This document shows, one piece after another, positions 63,219 to 64,000 of a stretch of DNA of 64,000 bases. The stretch lies in the NCBI GenBank assembly GCA_001662655.1, contig KV460234.1. One strand, written 5' to 3'. The stretch comes from Pseudogymnoascus verrucosus (taxonomy: Eukaryota). Below the pieces are notes generated by a model. That model was not told where the DNA came from and ran no database searches. It saw nothing but the letters and a program-made list of their open reading frames with translations. The position numbers and the translations under genes are program-made. The stretch's first letter is position 1; each line of letters starts with the position of its first letter.

Positions 63219-64000
63219 TCAAGGAATCTCCTCATAAACCACATCCTCCGCCCCCAGAGGCACCAGGAAATCCGGTGGCACTTCCTCGGGCAATTGCCTC
63301 TTCTCCGCCCACTTCCTCACGGCGTCATAATTTCGACACTTATGCTCGGTATTGAAATCAACAAACGCACTCGGATCCTCGCGAAATGTCCATACTTGTC
63401 CCAGCACGCCCACATCAACCGCACACATGAGCTGCTGGCGCAGGATGTCGAGGCAGTGCGTAACGTGAAAGCGGACGACGTGGTCAGCATTAGAGAAGGC
63501 ACCCTGCCCAAGGGCGTGGTAGTAGTCGTAATTGTAGTAGAGAGCCTGGCGTAGTAGGTTCAGGCAGTGTAGATGGTGTAGGCCTTCGACGTTGGCGGGA
63601 TAGCCGCCACCGTACTGGGGGGAGATATGGACGTGGGTTTTGGGAGTAAGGCCGGAGCGAGGACCGTCGGAGGGGGAGACGACAAATGCGCGGTCTGGAG
63701 GAGTCAGTGAAGTTTTGGAGAGGGGTATGAGAGAAAAGGGAGACGGATTGGGAGGGACATACAATCGGTTCCTAGGGAGCCCCAGGCTGCATCTACTTCT
63801 GGCCCGGCTGGTTGGCGGAAGGCATTAAGCTTCATGAAGGAGCCATTGAAGCGTTGGAGGTTGTAATGGAGACCAATCCTTTCTTTTACTAAAGGTGCTA
63901 AAGATTGATTAGCTCGAGGTATGGGTGGACAGGACTTTCATTATGACATACAGTAATGAGAGACATGGCCTCCGCAGAAGCTATCGGCGTCGAAAAGTCT
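63219..64000 (-). CDS. DUF3328 (UstYa-like) oxidase; 5' part lies outside the window
   Basis: Two HxxHC motifs (HHLHCL, HVTHCLD), LRQQLMCAVD and DFNTEHKCRNYD. Upstream exons encode SHYSPLV and EVDAAWGSLG. Confidence 0.9.

Noticed and set aside
1..64000. CRISPR arrays, tRNA/rRNA genes, intact transposases or a Starship captain
   Set aside because: None recognised by eye. Small RNA genes could be missed without tRNAscan-SE or Infernal.

Overview
Eukaryotic DNA from a filamentous ascomycete. Short GT-AG introns with CTAAC/CTGAC branch sites occur throughout, and the gene style suggests a Leotiomycete such as Pseudogymnoascus (inference only). About 23 protein-coding loci. The left ~21.5 kb is an accessory-looking enzyme block: P450, copper amine oxidase with a divergent amine permease, HxxxD acyltransferase with a divergent esterase, ABC-A transporter and a second P450, with no backbone synthase visible. 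It is followed by AT-rich degenerate DNA and then mostly core genes: MET14, VMA5, a small secreted protein, VPS37-like, F-box, AT-hook protein, MFS, GT8, O-fucosyltransferase-like, GH30-CBM1, LIM protein and a DUF3328 gene cut by the window edge. The most striking feature is a 5'-truncated, killer-toxin-type subgroup C chitinase gene (LysM/GH18/Cys-rich domain/3x CBM18) at 43.5-48 kb. It carries at least eight in-frame stops that are all TAG, with no visible frameshift, which is a clear RIP-like signature. No tRNA, rRNA, CRISPR array or intact transposon was recognised. All exon boundaries were read by eye.
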